Of a stretch of DNA of 64,000 nucleotides, positions 15,305 through 39,200 are shown one piece after another. Each line of letters starts with the position of its first letter. Positions within the stretch are counted from its first letter, which is position 1. Origin of the DNA: Tubulanus polymorphus (Eukaryota > Animalia > Nemertea); the NCBI RefSeq assembly GCF_964204645.1, contig NC_134026.1, positions 8,269,950 to 8,333,949 on the forward strand, written 5' to 3'. The notes under the pieces are model-generated. The model searched no databases, had not been told where the DNA came from, and saw only the letters and a program-made list of their open reading frames with translations. The position numbers and the translations under genes are program-made.

Positions 15305-15460
15305 ACCGCCGATCACACAACTGTACTTCGATTTCCGATTTCAAAATCAAACCCCCTGTTTCGCATTCGGCTGGTTTGGTAGGTTTGTAGGGGACAACAA
15401 ATCAAAACAAATCAAATCTTCCAATCAAATAGGTAGTATATAGGATAAATCCCTATTTCA
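15305..15460 (+). repeat. Interspersed repeat; copies at ~58236-58395 (+) and ~61680-61845 (-)
   Basis: Shared GATTTCCGATTTCAAAATCAAACCCC..TTTCG...GGACA(A/C)CAAATC..AATCCCTATTT. Confidence 0.75.
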
Positions 15461-15909
15461 AGATAAATGAAAATATTTTGTATAGTCAACGACGGGGCCT
15501 CGTCATTATTACGCGAGACAACACTCTTTACGTTGCGTGGACGTGATGAAAATGTATGTTTCTTTTTAGAAATAGATCACAAACTTAACTGTGTCTTTCT
15601 GTATTCGAGCGTAGGCCTGTCGTTTTGATACGTACCCACAATGAAATTTTAACGAATATTTTTGCTAATATTTTTACGAAACCCTACCTAACTTTGCAAT
15701 AATTTAGATATATCTTGTTGGGAACTAAGTCTTAGTTTCCAATGCGATCTTCAAACTTTTGCGTAGTTAATACATGCATCTTTACTGACGATCTCTAGTA
15801 GAAGACTCCATTGTGTCGCCACCTATAACGTAGTTTTGTAGAATAAGATATGTACGTGTTTGGTGGAAGCCAATTTTCAGCGTTGTTTTATTTCTTGTCT
15901 GAATATGCC

Positions 15910-16232
15910 GACACGGGAGGAGCCCCGTCCTCCGGGCAAGGGCGGTCAACAGCGATCGCACGAGCGTTTTGGCCCGGGTCTAGTTTGGCCCATAAGGCCC
16001 GGACCAACCGTTCACGCGAGTGCCAAATGGGTCCGTGCCTGTGCTTGGCCCGAGCCGGACACGCCCGCGGGTCAAATTTTAACGCGGGTCATATTTAATG
16101 TTGCGTGCGAATTGTTAATACAGGTGATGAAAAAGTGACTCACTTCGCTCTGTTAGAGCATTGTTTTGTATCGAGTGTGGTGGATTACGCGTGAACGCGC
16201 TTTCTAATTAGGCACGGGCTCTGCTCCGTGTC
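15910..16232. mobile_element. GC-rich MITE-like element
   Basis: Inverted ends GACACGGGAGGAGCCCCGTCC / GGCACGGGCTCTGCTCCGTGTC, with internal GGCCC repeats. Confidence 0.5.
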
Positions 16233-16987
16233 AATTTGGCCCGGCGCGCAAAATCTTTTCCGGTGATCGTGGCTGATGATGTCACTATTCACCAGCGGGC
16301 ATGATGCCAATATTCAGGCTTTACAATATTTCAAAAAATTAGAATAAGGATACCTCCGAAGTATATGGTTCAAACCCAGCGCGGCAGATATATATCATTA
16401 GATTAGAACCTGCCGAAGAGATGACGGAGGGCCTGTGCGGCTAGTTCTAATATATTATAATATAAATGGTGCCGTGGTATAAACTCGATTCATTTTCTTC
16501 TTAGTCATGGGCTTAGGCCGGTTAAATTTAGTAATTTGAAACATCATGACAGTCTTTTCCGGAAGGTGGCGAAGTCCACACGCCTTAATGCAGGGTTTTT
16601 GTTTGTTCGTTTGTTTTTTGCTTTACGTCTCTTGAACCTTGGTTTGCTTATACTAACCATACGTAGTATCGGAATCATTCATGTGACCACACGGCGGGCG
16701 TTGCCGCACGCTGTAACAGCCAGCAGGACTCGAACCTGCAGTGAATGCAACAGCATCAGACCAACAAACGACGAAACAAGAGTACCGAATGCATAACGAA
16801 ACTTCATCGCGTCATCAAACAATGAATATTTTTGTACGTACTTCAAAACGAATTGATAAACTGGATAGTTTATAGGCCAACTTTCGTATCATACGCTTGG
16901 GCTATATAATGTCTAGTGATTATAGTTATTAGTACAGTGCGTGTTCTCCGGCCGAATGATCGAGGAGACCAAACAAAAAAAATTACA

Positions 16988-20809
<3,822 letters not shown>

Positions 20810-21481
20810 GTGGACAACATCAACCTGTATTTTGATTTTGATAGTGATCGTCATCGTGGCTTCTGTTCTGTTTTTGCTTTTGGTTATGATGGGAATGAAG
20901 CGTATACATCGTTCAAGATAAAACCAAAGATTCACCTGACATGCATTGACGATACTTCGATGAATAAATTCATAATGTTAATAATTATCATAATTTTTCT
21001 TCATAATGTTAATTATAGTAATAATGATATGACAGACGGCTAAACAATACACGAAATATTGAAGTTTTATCTTTACTCGTCTGTAAGAAACCGCTTCCTT
21101 TCGCCAAACACTTCTTAATCAGATATTCCCCTGTTCTTTTGATTAAATTGTCTGAGCTATTGCTCAATAAATGTGTAAACTTGAATAGGGGGATCCTGTC
21201 TGAAATATTGTGGGAGGAAATGTTTTTGTTGAGTCGGGGTACCCGCAAAACCAGCTACACCGCCATTTTGAATCTGTGTCAAATTACACCGGCTTATAAC
21301 CCAAAACTTTGAACTGGATTTTTAGACTCCGCAATCCATATATTATCACAGCACCAACCAATACAATATTTACATCCTTCTACTCGGATTTCGGTAAAGT
21401 TCTTTTGAATAATTGATTCATTTAAGAGAAAAGTTCAAATGTGAAATGTAGAAGAAATCGAACGCGGACGACCAACTATCT

Positions 21482-21555
21482 ACTAGCGAACCTGGCGGAT
21501 CCTCACCTACCAGAAGTGGAATCCTCGATTGCCACAGTAGCACCACGGGTACCCC
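21482..21555 (-). mobile_element. Helitron-like 3' terminus (hairpin plus CTAG); copies at 52806-52879 (-) and ~23605-23648 (+)
   Basis: On the minus strand: GGATTCCAC...GTGAGGATCC hairpin, 10 nt, then CTAG-T. The 21.5 kb and 52.8 kb copies are highly similar. Confidence 0.5.
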
Positions 21556-22216
21556 ATTACATTGTTACAGGGGTATGCATGTATGCATTTTTTTCATCGT
21601 CAAAAATGACGTAAACCTATATTCAAAAATTTTCATTGAAGAACAAATTGCCATCCCAGGATAACCAGATTTCACATAAATTTCACCAAGAAGCCCAGAA
21701 AGAACGCTGCCACAAGTGAAATGGATCCATTTTTAAATCGCTAGGACTGCATGGATGATGATTTTACAGTATATAGGGCCTCGGCAATCAACTAGAAGGC
21801 GATGGGTCATACCTTAGAATAAGATTAAAAATTTTGTAGCATATTTTCGTTTTTGTATATAACGTATGTCCACTATTCATAATTAGCGATTAGATCCTTC
21901 CTGTAGAAGGGAACAACGCATACGCCACTGTCTTTTGATATTCGAAATTACGGTCAAACCTGCTAATATGTACCTTATATAAACATAATGTACATACGTA
22001 TATAACTTTCCACACAAAATCATGTTCCAAGAACAATAAAACGAAACGCTTCAAGACGCACAGACGCTACTATTCTATACACCGGAATTTCTTAAATACA
22101 ATCTATATATAGCGTAAACAGCAAAACCAGTACTGCCTGGGCGCGGTATCGGGGATCAGTACTTCAGAATATTTGATTTTTGTCCGTTCTGTGAACTATT
22201 ATTACCTATTCGAACG

Positions 22217-28933
<6,717 letters not shown>

Positions 28934-29632
28934 GACAAAAACAGTAACTTTCGAAATAATCAAATTGAAGAACGATTCAACAGGAAAGAACAGTGGTTGA
29001 ACGATTACTAATACCATGACACAGCGTGTGTAATCATTATTACTTAAACAAGACAGCAAGAATATTTTATTCATGTTTTGATACATGTAAAAATCGTATC
29101 TATAGGTAATCAATATATTCTCCTTGCAATTTGTAATCATGTTTTTATATATTATGAGAATAAAAACGAAATTTTTTTTTTGAGAAACATAGGCTATATA
29201 TCGGCATGTTTTTAGAATTAACCGCTTGCGCTTAGGACAGGCCCGTGGGAGTAACGAACGAGTCCCCTAAGATTTTCAAAGCGCCCTTCAAAAGTCAGTG
29301 TCAACGAAAATTTGGGTCAAGATTTTTCAAAATTTGGAAAAATATTTCATGTTTTTTTTTGGAAAATGATGAGTTATTACACTAACACGTTCTTGGATGT
29401 AAGCTCACTTATATACATAGGGTCGTGATGGCGGCACATTCAAAGTTCAACATATTGTTATGTAGCTATTCTTGACGCACCTTCCCGAGTGCAAATCGTT
29501 AGGCTACGGGCAAGAATAAAAAAGGCATTATTACAACGAAGATTATAACAAACGTGATCAGATGAATCATTTTATTGCTGTACTCAATTGAAATGTAAAT
29601 GATGAAAATCCCTTAGTTTGAAAATCACATTA

Positions 29633-31203
29633 TCATTTCTTTCGACGCCCAGTAGCGCCCATATAACCGTTGTGATAAATTGGTGGGCGATTCGGGAGAT
29701 TGTAGTATATCGGAAGTGGTGGTGGATACCAGTGTTCCGGTGGTATGCCCCACGGTGGAAACCAGTAGTATTGACGAGCCGCATTACCGAATTGACCATG
29801 TTTAGGTTGAGATAATTCTTTGCTTTGAGTCTGCGAAGGTTGTGCGGTCGTTTTTTTAATCCCGCTTGACTTCTGGCCATTGGTTGAGGCCGCCTGAGGT
29901 TTGGTTTGTTTTTTAATGACGTCACTGGCAGACGACGTTGTCGCAGTACTCGGTTTATTTTTCTTTGTCGTTTTAGACTTTTTGTCGCCCGCTGGTTTTT
30001 TATTTTTATTCACTGTTTCTACGGGCAGCTGAATCACTAACGGCTGCTCGCCAGCGTACATAAGATCGGCAATCGACGGCATATCAATACCCATAGCTGG
30101 ATGGAAAAAAAACAAAGAGGCACCTGAGCAAAGCGAAGCAGATTCGAATAAATCAACAGAATCCTGTCACACTTGCAAGGAAGATTTGACATTTTGATTA
30201 AAACCAGTGTCAGATTAAACTTTTCGCTCGCTTATGAAATTACATGATTTTTTAGACTGCGGATATCGTCTGCACTTGCACATCTTTGCACTCAAAGCAC
30301 CGAGAGGTGCAGTGACCTGTACAGCCCATAAGACAATCACCGTTACCTTCATTTGACTATAGGCCTACTTAATTTTTCTTTGCTGTCAATGTAGATTTAA
30401 GTTAAATGAAAAATAAATTATTATCATCTTAACGATAAAACACTTACGGACGCACTGGCAAATTCGGCAGCCGTTTTTGTCACGTACGAGTTCACAAGTG
30501 TTCGCCATCACCGTCACACACAACGGGTCATTACATTGGGTTTTAGGTTTTTTCTCCGCTCCCAGAACACGATCTAAAAATGACGTTTAGTAACAGTTAT
30601 TTAACATCTAATAAGACAGCAAAATATGTATTCTTTCCTTAGGATGTATACATACGTACGTCAATCTTTTTGATGATACAAACGTGGGGACTGAGCAAGG
30701 CCATAGGAACGTGTTGGGGATGGAGGGGGCACAGATAGATATATTGCCTTTTCTGATAATAAATACAAACAAATTTTCGTGCAAGAAATTTTTCTATCTC
30801 ACAAGTTCAAAGTCCCCCCCCCCCCCCGTCACATTATGATTACATAAATTCCAGAAAAATTTCTTTTGGTAGACCAAATATTGGCCCACCCTGCCTCTGT
30901 TCCTACGGCCATGCTGAGCGATAATTTCTAGCACTTAGTAGATTTTTTGCTCGCATATATACCAGCTTGATTTAAATGCCAGCTTAAAGCGGTTAAATAA
31001 AATCTAAGGGAGATAGCAGGTTAAATCTTTAACGCAATCTGGTATGACGCCTGCCACAGGTGTTCGTTTATAAATCGCGATCTTAAGCGTTAAGATTGCA
31101 TCATTACTATTTGCATATGATAATCTTATTACATTCACTCACCGTAAAAGTTGAATACAATCCCATTTAGAATTAGTAAAATGAACACAGAAGAAACCGT
31201 CAT
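29633..31203 (-). CDS. Secreted protein (~216 aa): signal peptide, antistasin-like Cys6 domain, Lys/Thr/Ser/Gln-rich linker and Pro/Tyr/Trp-rich tail. Exons: 31203-31143, 30573-30448, 30096-29633
   Basis: Exon 1 encodes hydrophobic MTVSSVFILLILNGIVFNFY followed by a GTGAG donor. Exon 2 encodes CNDPLCVTVMANTCELVRDKNGCRICQC, including the antistasin-type DxNGCxxCxC signature. Both introns are phase 1 and join in frame to ORF 29633-30115 (651 nt in total). AATAAA lies ~60 nt past the stop. Confidence 0.8.
30696..30913. mobile_element. MITE with a 5-bp TSD (hAT5-like)
   Basis: CTGAG-CAAGGCCATAGGAAC ... GTTCCTACGGCCATG-CTGAG. Confidence 0.75.
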
Positions 31204-31599
31204 TGTGAACTTTTAGTACTGTTAATACGCACGTAGCCAGTATACATGTAAGTCGTGTATCTCGAGATGGTGACGCGCGTGGGCGGCTAGAATATAATTT
31301 ATCAACCGAAGAAAATGCACCTGTTGTCTTCACGACACGACTCTTGTCCCGTTCATTTGTCTTACAACAAAAAATTACTTTACGCGAACAAGTTGAGATT
31401 TGTTGTGAATCCCCTAGTCATTTCTCAGCCGCATTGGCGGTTATCTTTAAAAGAGAAGGTAGACTCGATCAGGGAAGTGTAATGAGACTCACTACACTTC
31501 CCTGGATCGATGATGCTTACAATGTTTACTGTTTATGTACTCTGTCTTGTAGGTGAATGTGGTGTGAATGGGTATAAATGTGAGTGTTTGGGTGACTGG

Positions 31600-31815
31600 C
31601 AGGGGCGGATCCAAGAGGAGGGTGCAGGGAGGAGGGATGTCAGGTTTTCCAGAAATTTTACGGCAAAATGAGATATATGAACGATGGGTATATACCTTTA
31701 AATTCATAAGCTTTTCTCTGTTTTGTTCCAAAAATGAATTTATTTTTCCGATTACACATGTAGCCCTTTTTGGGGGATGCAACCCTGCCTGAATCCGACG
31801 CTATGTTCGCCCCTG
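31600..31815. mobile_element. MITE with CAGGGGCG termini and a 5-bp TSD; related ends at ~23049, ~28525, ~35996, ~13855
   Basis: ACTGG-CAGGGGCGGATCC ... CGCCCCTG-ACTGG. Confidence 0.7.
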
Positions 31816-32321
31816 ACTGGGCCTTTAAGGTCATAAGTTATCTTTTAATTTCACCAGTCGTTATTATTGTTATCAGTATTATTATTATTAGAACTTATCC
31901 ATGAATATCAATATGACTGGCAATAGACTGTGACCATATAAAGATGACTAAAATGATGTTCAACCCATCGTGCATAAACTCGGTGTGCTCATTTTCTTTG
32001 TAAAATATGGAGTAAATAAACTAGAAAACCCAGAAACTTTGTTAGTTCGACACGTACTCCTACAATTTCAGTAGAAAACTTCACATCAAAACGAATCAAT
32101 TTGGGGAAATATAAAAAAATGTTACACAAATTGATAACCGTCAGTTTTCGAAACAATTCTATATTCACCAGGCTTCCCAAGTGTTATGGCTAAAAATCGA
32201 CAAAACAAGCCCATTACTAATAAGGAACAACTATTTATATATTGATAAAATAAAACAGCGAACGTATAACATTTACTATTGATTAACAAATTAACGTGGT
32301 TTTTCATCGCGTTTATATTAA

Positions 32322-35300
32322 TTATTGCTCTTCGTCGGTTGTTTCGAGTTTCATGTAGTCTCTATGACTTTTCTGACGAGCGTCGTTCGATCGTTTGGAA
32401 AACCTATTGAACACGAAAATCCGCAGTTTGTAGCACGAAAATACGAGTAGATACGCCAGAGGCAACGCGACGTACACTCCTACCAAACACATGACGATCG
32501 GCTTCACCGGGTGATTCCAATCGAGAATGTCTTCGTAAATGATGTGCGTCTTTTCGTTAGTCCACCAGTAGAACAGCGTGAACAGGATATAAACGTGGCC
32601 GAATATGAACGGGTGTAGCATGTGACACACGCGAACTGGTATCGCGTTGACGGCGAGTTCCACGAAAACGACCATTGAGTTGGTTCCGTGTATGACAATA
32701 TCCCTGAGGAAGTTGAAATCCGTTTTTCTTTTCGGAAAAAGAAACACGAAAAAGCCGATCGTAATCAACGGCGCCATCGGCGCGGCCATGACGAAAGTCC
32801 ACCACGCGAATTTGTGCCTGTAGAATAGCTTATTTTTGGGATTAGGCGGATTTTGTTCGTTATCGGCGTTGTCTTCGGAAGCGGGATCGGCCGCCGACTC
32901 GACTCCGGCAAGCGGCAATTCGGAGGTCGGTCGAAGGAGCTCTTCGACGGCCAACGCGGCTGTTACGATCGAGAACATCGTCAGGAACGTATACCCGAAT
33001 GCAGTCAACTGCGGCACGCTGACGGCATCGACTATAAACTTCGTCTGCAAGGCGTTGCCGATCATAACCATCATCCAGAAGCAAGTCTGAAATACGGCTA
33101 GACTGACTCTGTATGTTACGAATAGGTATTGCAGACATCCCCACTGTAAAATGCCAAGAACAATGAGATTAAGTCGGGAAGATACACAATATCCATAATA
33201 TACGAGAGAAATCCGACAATAATTCAGTCAAAGATGTAAAGTTCTTGAGTAAAATGTTTAGATATTTGAGCAACGTTTAGACTAATAGCCATCATCAGGC
33301 GTACTTCATCTTTGGATGAATTATTGTGGGATTTCCCCTTTAACAAAGAGATTATCATTGAAATGTAAAAAAAAATATGGGAACAATTTTGCTCGAAACT
33401 TAGGCTAAAAAAATTACGCCTTGTCCTAATCGGCAGGGTCGTTTTGTAAATCGCAATAGAATTTTTAATCAGTTCATTTCTACAGCAGCGGGTCTGTTAA
33501 TTCTAGCTTGGTCACGATTTAAAAAAAAAAACGCGACGTACAGGGATGATAAGCGGCCAGCCGGGTCAACTTATAAGCTCAGCAGAAATTAGAGAAACAA
33601 GGTATCAATTTTTTTAGCCTTGAAACTGTGCAACTTTGGAAGGTAACGGAGATTCCGTAGCAACTTGGTGTAAATCAATGCGATGCGACATCCTGGTACA
33701 ACCTAGACAACACCACATTATCGCACCACAAGGGTTGCTTCAATCGTACTGCAGGTGATTCAATGTGACACCACAGCGCTTCTAATGTACTGGGGAAGCA
33801 ACACTCGAGTTTCTAGCGAACCAATAAAAGAAGCAATATCAATATAGGTCCATCGGTAATTTTATAGTCTATACAAGCATAATAGCATTCTATCGATTAG
33901 ATAAAATATAAAATGAAGAAACAAGCTGTTACGCTTTTCAGCGAGGTTAATATAGATTTTTTAGCGAGAATTGACGACATGTTTTGATTCCTAGAGTATG
34001 AAATTGGCCGTGGTAATAATATCGGAGAATGTAAAGCGCTCTGAGCAGCCTGGCTGGATTTAGCGCTATATAAGACACATATTATTATTATTATACTATC
34101 ATTCCTGGAGCCTGGTTGGTTATTATCGGCGATGTCTTAACCATCATAACCTATTGATCGGTTGGAGTTTAGTCCGCACAATGTATATTGATCAGTCCGC
34201 TTAATGAATTTTATTTATCTATCTACGTGATATATACTCATATTTTGGTTATGAAATCAGCTGCTTTTAGGTCTGTCGCTTCCACCCCATTGCGCCGAGA
34301 CAGCTGGGTAATGCATCATTGTACATGTACGCTCAATTGTATGTATATGTGTGTATAGATCATTCGATAGACCTATTGAAAAAATAAAACGCCCAGAGTT
34401 GTAACGTGCTTTAATGCACAATATTTTATCCTGTTTCTAGTAATTTTGTTCTGATGCGAAAAGACCTCATTTTTAGAGCTTAGGTTCACTTAACGCAGGG
34501 TGGAGGTGGATATTCATGAGATTCCGGATGAAGCTGACTCGTCCGGCGGCTACGGAGCAAAAAGTGGAATTTAGTAACGGCACCCTGTGAAATCTCAAAG
34601 TGACCCCCGAGATAAATTTCATCCAGTCGAAAATGTTTTCTTGTCTGATTTCAAACTCATTTCTAGCTGATCAATTTTTCCGTCATTGTTGATTTATTGT
34701 TGCAGAATGATAGAATATATGCAGCTATTGCACAGATTTAGTTTTGTGCGGAATAAAATGAAGCATATGTTTTGAAGGATTAACAAAATCAGATGTTATA
34801 GTTGGAATACCGGTATACATAACACGCAAAAAATGTGTTCGATAAGCGTATTGGCCTATACAGTGTTTAAGTCTATCATAATGCCACTGTTGGAACTAAT
34901 GAAATATATAAATGGCGTTACAATTTATTCGGTGTTATAAAGAATGGTATTTCCATTAAATTTTTGAGTTAGATTGACCAAAAATGATCTCCGAAAAAAA
35001 TGTAGGCGTTAAATGGGGTAGTGGTACGGTATTGAAAAGGATGGTATTGCGGATTTAGACTGTATGCGTATACTTCTAAACATGACTAAATGAATCTAAT
35101 TTTGTTCGATTTGGTTCATGTTGGTTCATCAAGTCATATTAAGAAGTACGCATACAGTTCAAATGTACAAATCCTTGTACAAATGAATACAAGAAAACCT
35201 GAAAAAGAAGCGAAGAATTATAACATTTATGTATAGTAATAAATACAAAAGAATAGTACTTTATAGGTTAACGCGGACGAGATTCTCGCTACTAATGTAT

Positions 35301-35775
35301 GGTAGCGAGTGAATATTAATGTATCATATAAATTGCTGTAGTCACCTAAAATCTTATTTTCGAAAATGGCTCAAACCACCTAGAACAAATAATCGAAAGA
35401 ATGATTGAATATTCAATATGACAATCCTCATCCTCAGTACTACTCAGGTACGTAGGCCTATGATTATTCTGTCGGATGTCGGAATTCTCCCACATCCTTT
35501 TAGATTAAATCTTAATCTGGGGAATGGCCACCAAATACGTTCTTTCCCGAGGAAAAGGAATAGCGGAGTGAAAAGAAGCCGAGTTTTAAGATTAATTCCA
35601 TTCCAATGATTTATTCAGTTTTAGTAGTTTGGTGCAGATTCATCTAACATTTTTGACACTTAAATTGAACCCCTTTGAACAGAAATAATCTTACCTGTGA
35701 TTTTGTAAAATTAGCGACGTTCGGATAAGAAAATCCCAGCCGATTTCGATCGAATTCGGGTTTAACGCAGTCCAT
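32322..35775 (-). CDS. Protein rolling stone-like multi-pass membrane protein (~300 aa). Exons: 35775-35695, 33143-32322
   Basis: Exon 1 MDCVKPEFDRNRLGFSYPNVANFTKSQ splices in phase 0 to WGCLQYLFVTYRV, giving the family F..SQW motif. It is followed by HKFAWWTF, IHGTNSMVVFVELAVNAIPVR..HMLHP and IYEDILDW, which are typical of rolling stone proteins, with several TM segments. Confidence 0.88.
34029..34093 (+). mobile_element. L2/CR1-type LINE or SINE 3' tail
   Basis: TGTAAAGCGCT...AGCGCTATATAAG stem-loop followed by an (ATT)n tail, the same architecture as the tail at ~40690-40750. Confidence 0.6.
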
Positions 35776-36210
35776 GCCGACTACGTCATCGGGAATGATG
35801 AGTGGCAGCGATTATGAATGAAACAGCAATGTTGACAGCTGATATCGATCTTAGTAATTTGATGACGAAAGTTTTTCGAATATAAACAACCAAGGATTCG
35901 TTTCCGACAAAAACATCATGCGCAACAGGACAGGGGACTTTCTAGGGTCTTTCGTGTTCCTCGTGTCCATTTTGCAGGTATTTAGAGCATAAAGCCAGGG
36001 CGGATCTAGGATTTTTGTAGGGGCGAGGTCCGGGGAAAAGGTGACTTAACGAAATGTTACTGCAAGGACGATGCAAGCTGTGAATATTGATTACCACGGA
36101 GAACAAACAACACGCTTAAAACATTCTCTAATATATAATCATAGATATTTTATTCGTCTATCACTAATTCTTATAAATGTACATAACAATTTTCTCCAAT
36201 TTTTCTCTAA

Positions 36211-39200
36211 CTACAAATCAACAATACAACTCCACTGATACCGTATAACGGGCCACTTTTCTAAACCTTTTCCATCCTGAGACAACTGCTTCAAATGTTC
36301 GTCGAACGCTTCTAGCGACCGTTTCATCGACGCCGCTGTCGTATTTCTCCTATCGGCGTCGGCGCGAGTCGCGTCGCGGCAGACGAGATACGACTTCAAC
36401 ATGTTGAAAACGAGCACGACCAACTTGTTGCATTCGTGTTCGCCGGCGAATCGACGAAAAACGCCCGAGCCCAACACGTCCGCGTACGCGGTCTCGATCG
36501 CCGTCTCGTGCAGCAGCGACGAGTCTAAAGTCATATCGCCCGACTCGCTGATAGACGACGATTGACTGTTGGATATTTGCGAAAAACCTAATAAAATAAT
36601 AAACAAACACGTGTAGTAGCAATTAAGATTTCTAGAATAATAAATTTCGTTTTCCTAATCTTAAATTTGTACGTGTAGTTGGCTTTTAATTGTACAGCGG
36701 AACCTCGTTATAACGGACTCGGATACGACGATTCATCGGATATAACAAATATAGAATTTCACCCCGAGTAAGAGAATTTAATTTCACACTGGATACAACG
36801 AACTTTCGGTTATAACGAACACATTTTCTGGTCCCGTGAAGTTCGTGGTAACGAGGTTCCATTGTAAAATGAATAAACATTCTTTCGAATATTCTATTTA
36901 ACCGATTACAAATGTCTGGAGGTGTGATCCTGAAAATCATTGACGATCACTAATTGGTACAGTAGACTACGAACCCTAGTCGGACGTTTTCGGACCGTAT
37001 AAATGTGTCCGACTTGACTGATATACCAGTTCGTTAGGTTTTGTTTTTTCAAAAATAATGTCACAAAAAATATTTCAACAGACATCCGAGGGAGTCTACT
37101 GTAGTCAGGGTCATTGCCTTATGTCGCTGTACAGGTTTTACAATCATGTATACCGGTTATTAATCCATGGGCCAGTTGCATAGTCGCAGCTAAGACTTAA
37201 GACCAGTCTAAGACCAACTTGGTTTTACAGCCAATCTAACAACTTAACACCAGTCTTAAGATTTGAGACCACTTTTGGACTCAAGTCACGACTGCGCAAC
37301 TGGGCCCTGGGGTTAGAACAATGAAATCAGGAATTTGCACATTTTTCAAATCCTAACAATTGGCTTTTTCACATTTTTTCTCGCAAAAAAATATCAGCGT
37401 TTGTCACACATAGATGCAATAACATAAACGGTTACTGATCACAATCGGCACGGATTAAAACGAAATTTCGTTTTTTAATGAATAAAGCACTTTGCGCATA
37501 AAATTCCGAGCTCCATGGTATACAGAACAAAAAGGGGATCAAAATACTTGATATTTCGATGGGCGCTTCACTTAAATTTTTTCACAAATGATTAACATAT
37601 CAAGTGACGTTCCCAATAGTTTATTTACCTTGCGATGGATTCAATAACACTTGCTGCATTTGTTCGGACTCGGCCAGATCCAGGGGCGTATAATTCAGTA
37701 TCGTTTTTGCTTGCAGCAACAAAGAACCTACAAATGAACGAAATCAAATATTTAGCCGTACCCGATTCATTTCGTATGGAGGCCTATTCAATTGAATTTC
37801 GGAAATAGATCAGCGTCGGAGTAAAATTCGAATTAAGTACAATTAAACCAGCTTAAGTAATCATGGGATAAGTCATACGGTAACATCTTTCAAGTCATTT
37901 CTATTTTTAGTCTAAATTTGCGATTTACTTAACCCTTTCAGTGATGACTAATCAATACCCTATAGTGCTGGAGATAATTTGAGCATTTTTTTAAATTCCA
38001 CCCTAGTGTGTTGAATAACGGGAATACCACTATAGTGCGTCTACACCGCGGCGCGGTGTATCGTTAGTAACTAGTATTTCACTATGTTTCACAGGTGCTG
38101 CCATCTTTCAATAGAGATAAAAACTAATTACTTATTACATCAATACACCGCAGTGCGGTGTACTAGCAAAAAACATCACCAATTCATACACCGCAATGCG
38201 ATGTAGATGCACTGAAAGGGTTAATACATGTTTAAGTTGTTTGAATGAACATCAATGCCACTACGAGTTATCTCCTAGCTTATCCTTCTTATTCACTGTT
38301 AGATATTTGTACTCCAGCAATTGGAATGACGCAGTCCTATTGACAATTTTTTTAACATTGGCTAATATACTAGCTCTATTTCCTAAACTAGTAGTAGTAG
38401 CAGCGAATGAGAGGAAACATGGCAGCCGCGAACGCGAACGCGTTCAGCGGCGTATTTTTCGAGAATCGACTATTCACCTCCGCGTTTGATGAGCAACCTA
38501 GCGACTTCGACTCGGTTGTTGAGGACCGCGTCGTGAAGCGGCGTGACGTTCTCGTCGTTGCAAGCGAGTAGATCGACCATCCCCGTAAACTTATCTAAAA
38601 AACGAGAATGTTTTCGTTCCTTGATTAATACCGTTAAGCTGTTAATAGTTAGTCAGCGTTCAGATGATAGTCGTATATTCATTAAGAGGTCATTCATTTA
38701 TTAAGTACGCATTAGGGGAGGGGAGGGGTCAGTGCAATTGCATACTGTAATGCTAAATGTCTATGAAAAAATGGCCGATTTTGCGTACAGAGGGGGATTG
38801 AAAAATTCAAATTTTATGCGTACGTAATAAGTGAATGATCCCTAATAGTAAAAATATTCGAATAGAAGAACTGCAACAAAATTGAGTCAATATTCTACAA
38901 ATCTACTAAAGTAATTGACAATCTTTCAAATCACTACAGAACTGGTATGATATCAATGGCTCAACCTTTGTCCCAGATTTCCAGGTCATGTCAACACCTG
39001 AATGAGTTACCGGTATGTACTACAAACATCGGGCAAAATACCGCAAAAAAACAGGTCTTTGCTACAATTGGAAATATAACTTGCAGATTTGTGCCCCGGC
39101 TTTACTAATACTGACCATTATTGTTATTGTTCTTGAAGTAACAATTAATCGTTTTGTGCGGTTTGAAATTGAGTAACAGTTTCACGCATTCGGTGCTTCC

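Noticed and set aside
250-16800. Numerous 60-130 aa ORFs in the left 16 kb (and in 49.9-55.4 kb and 57-64 kb)
   Set aside because: No recognisable domains or consistent splice-phase chains, and many start at non-ATG codons; consistent with chance ORFs.
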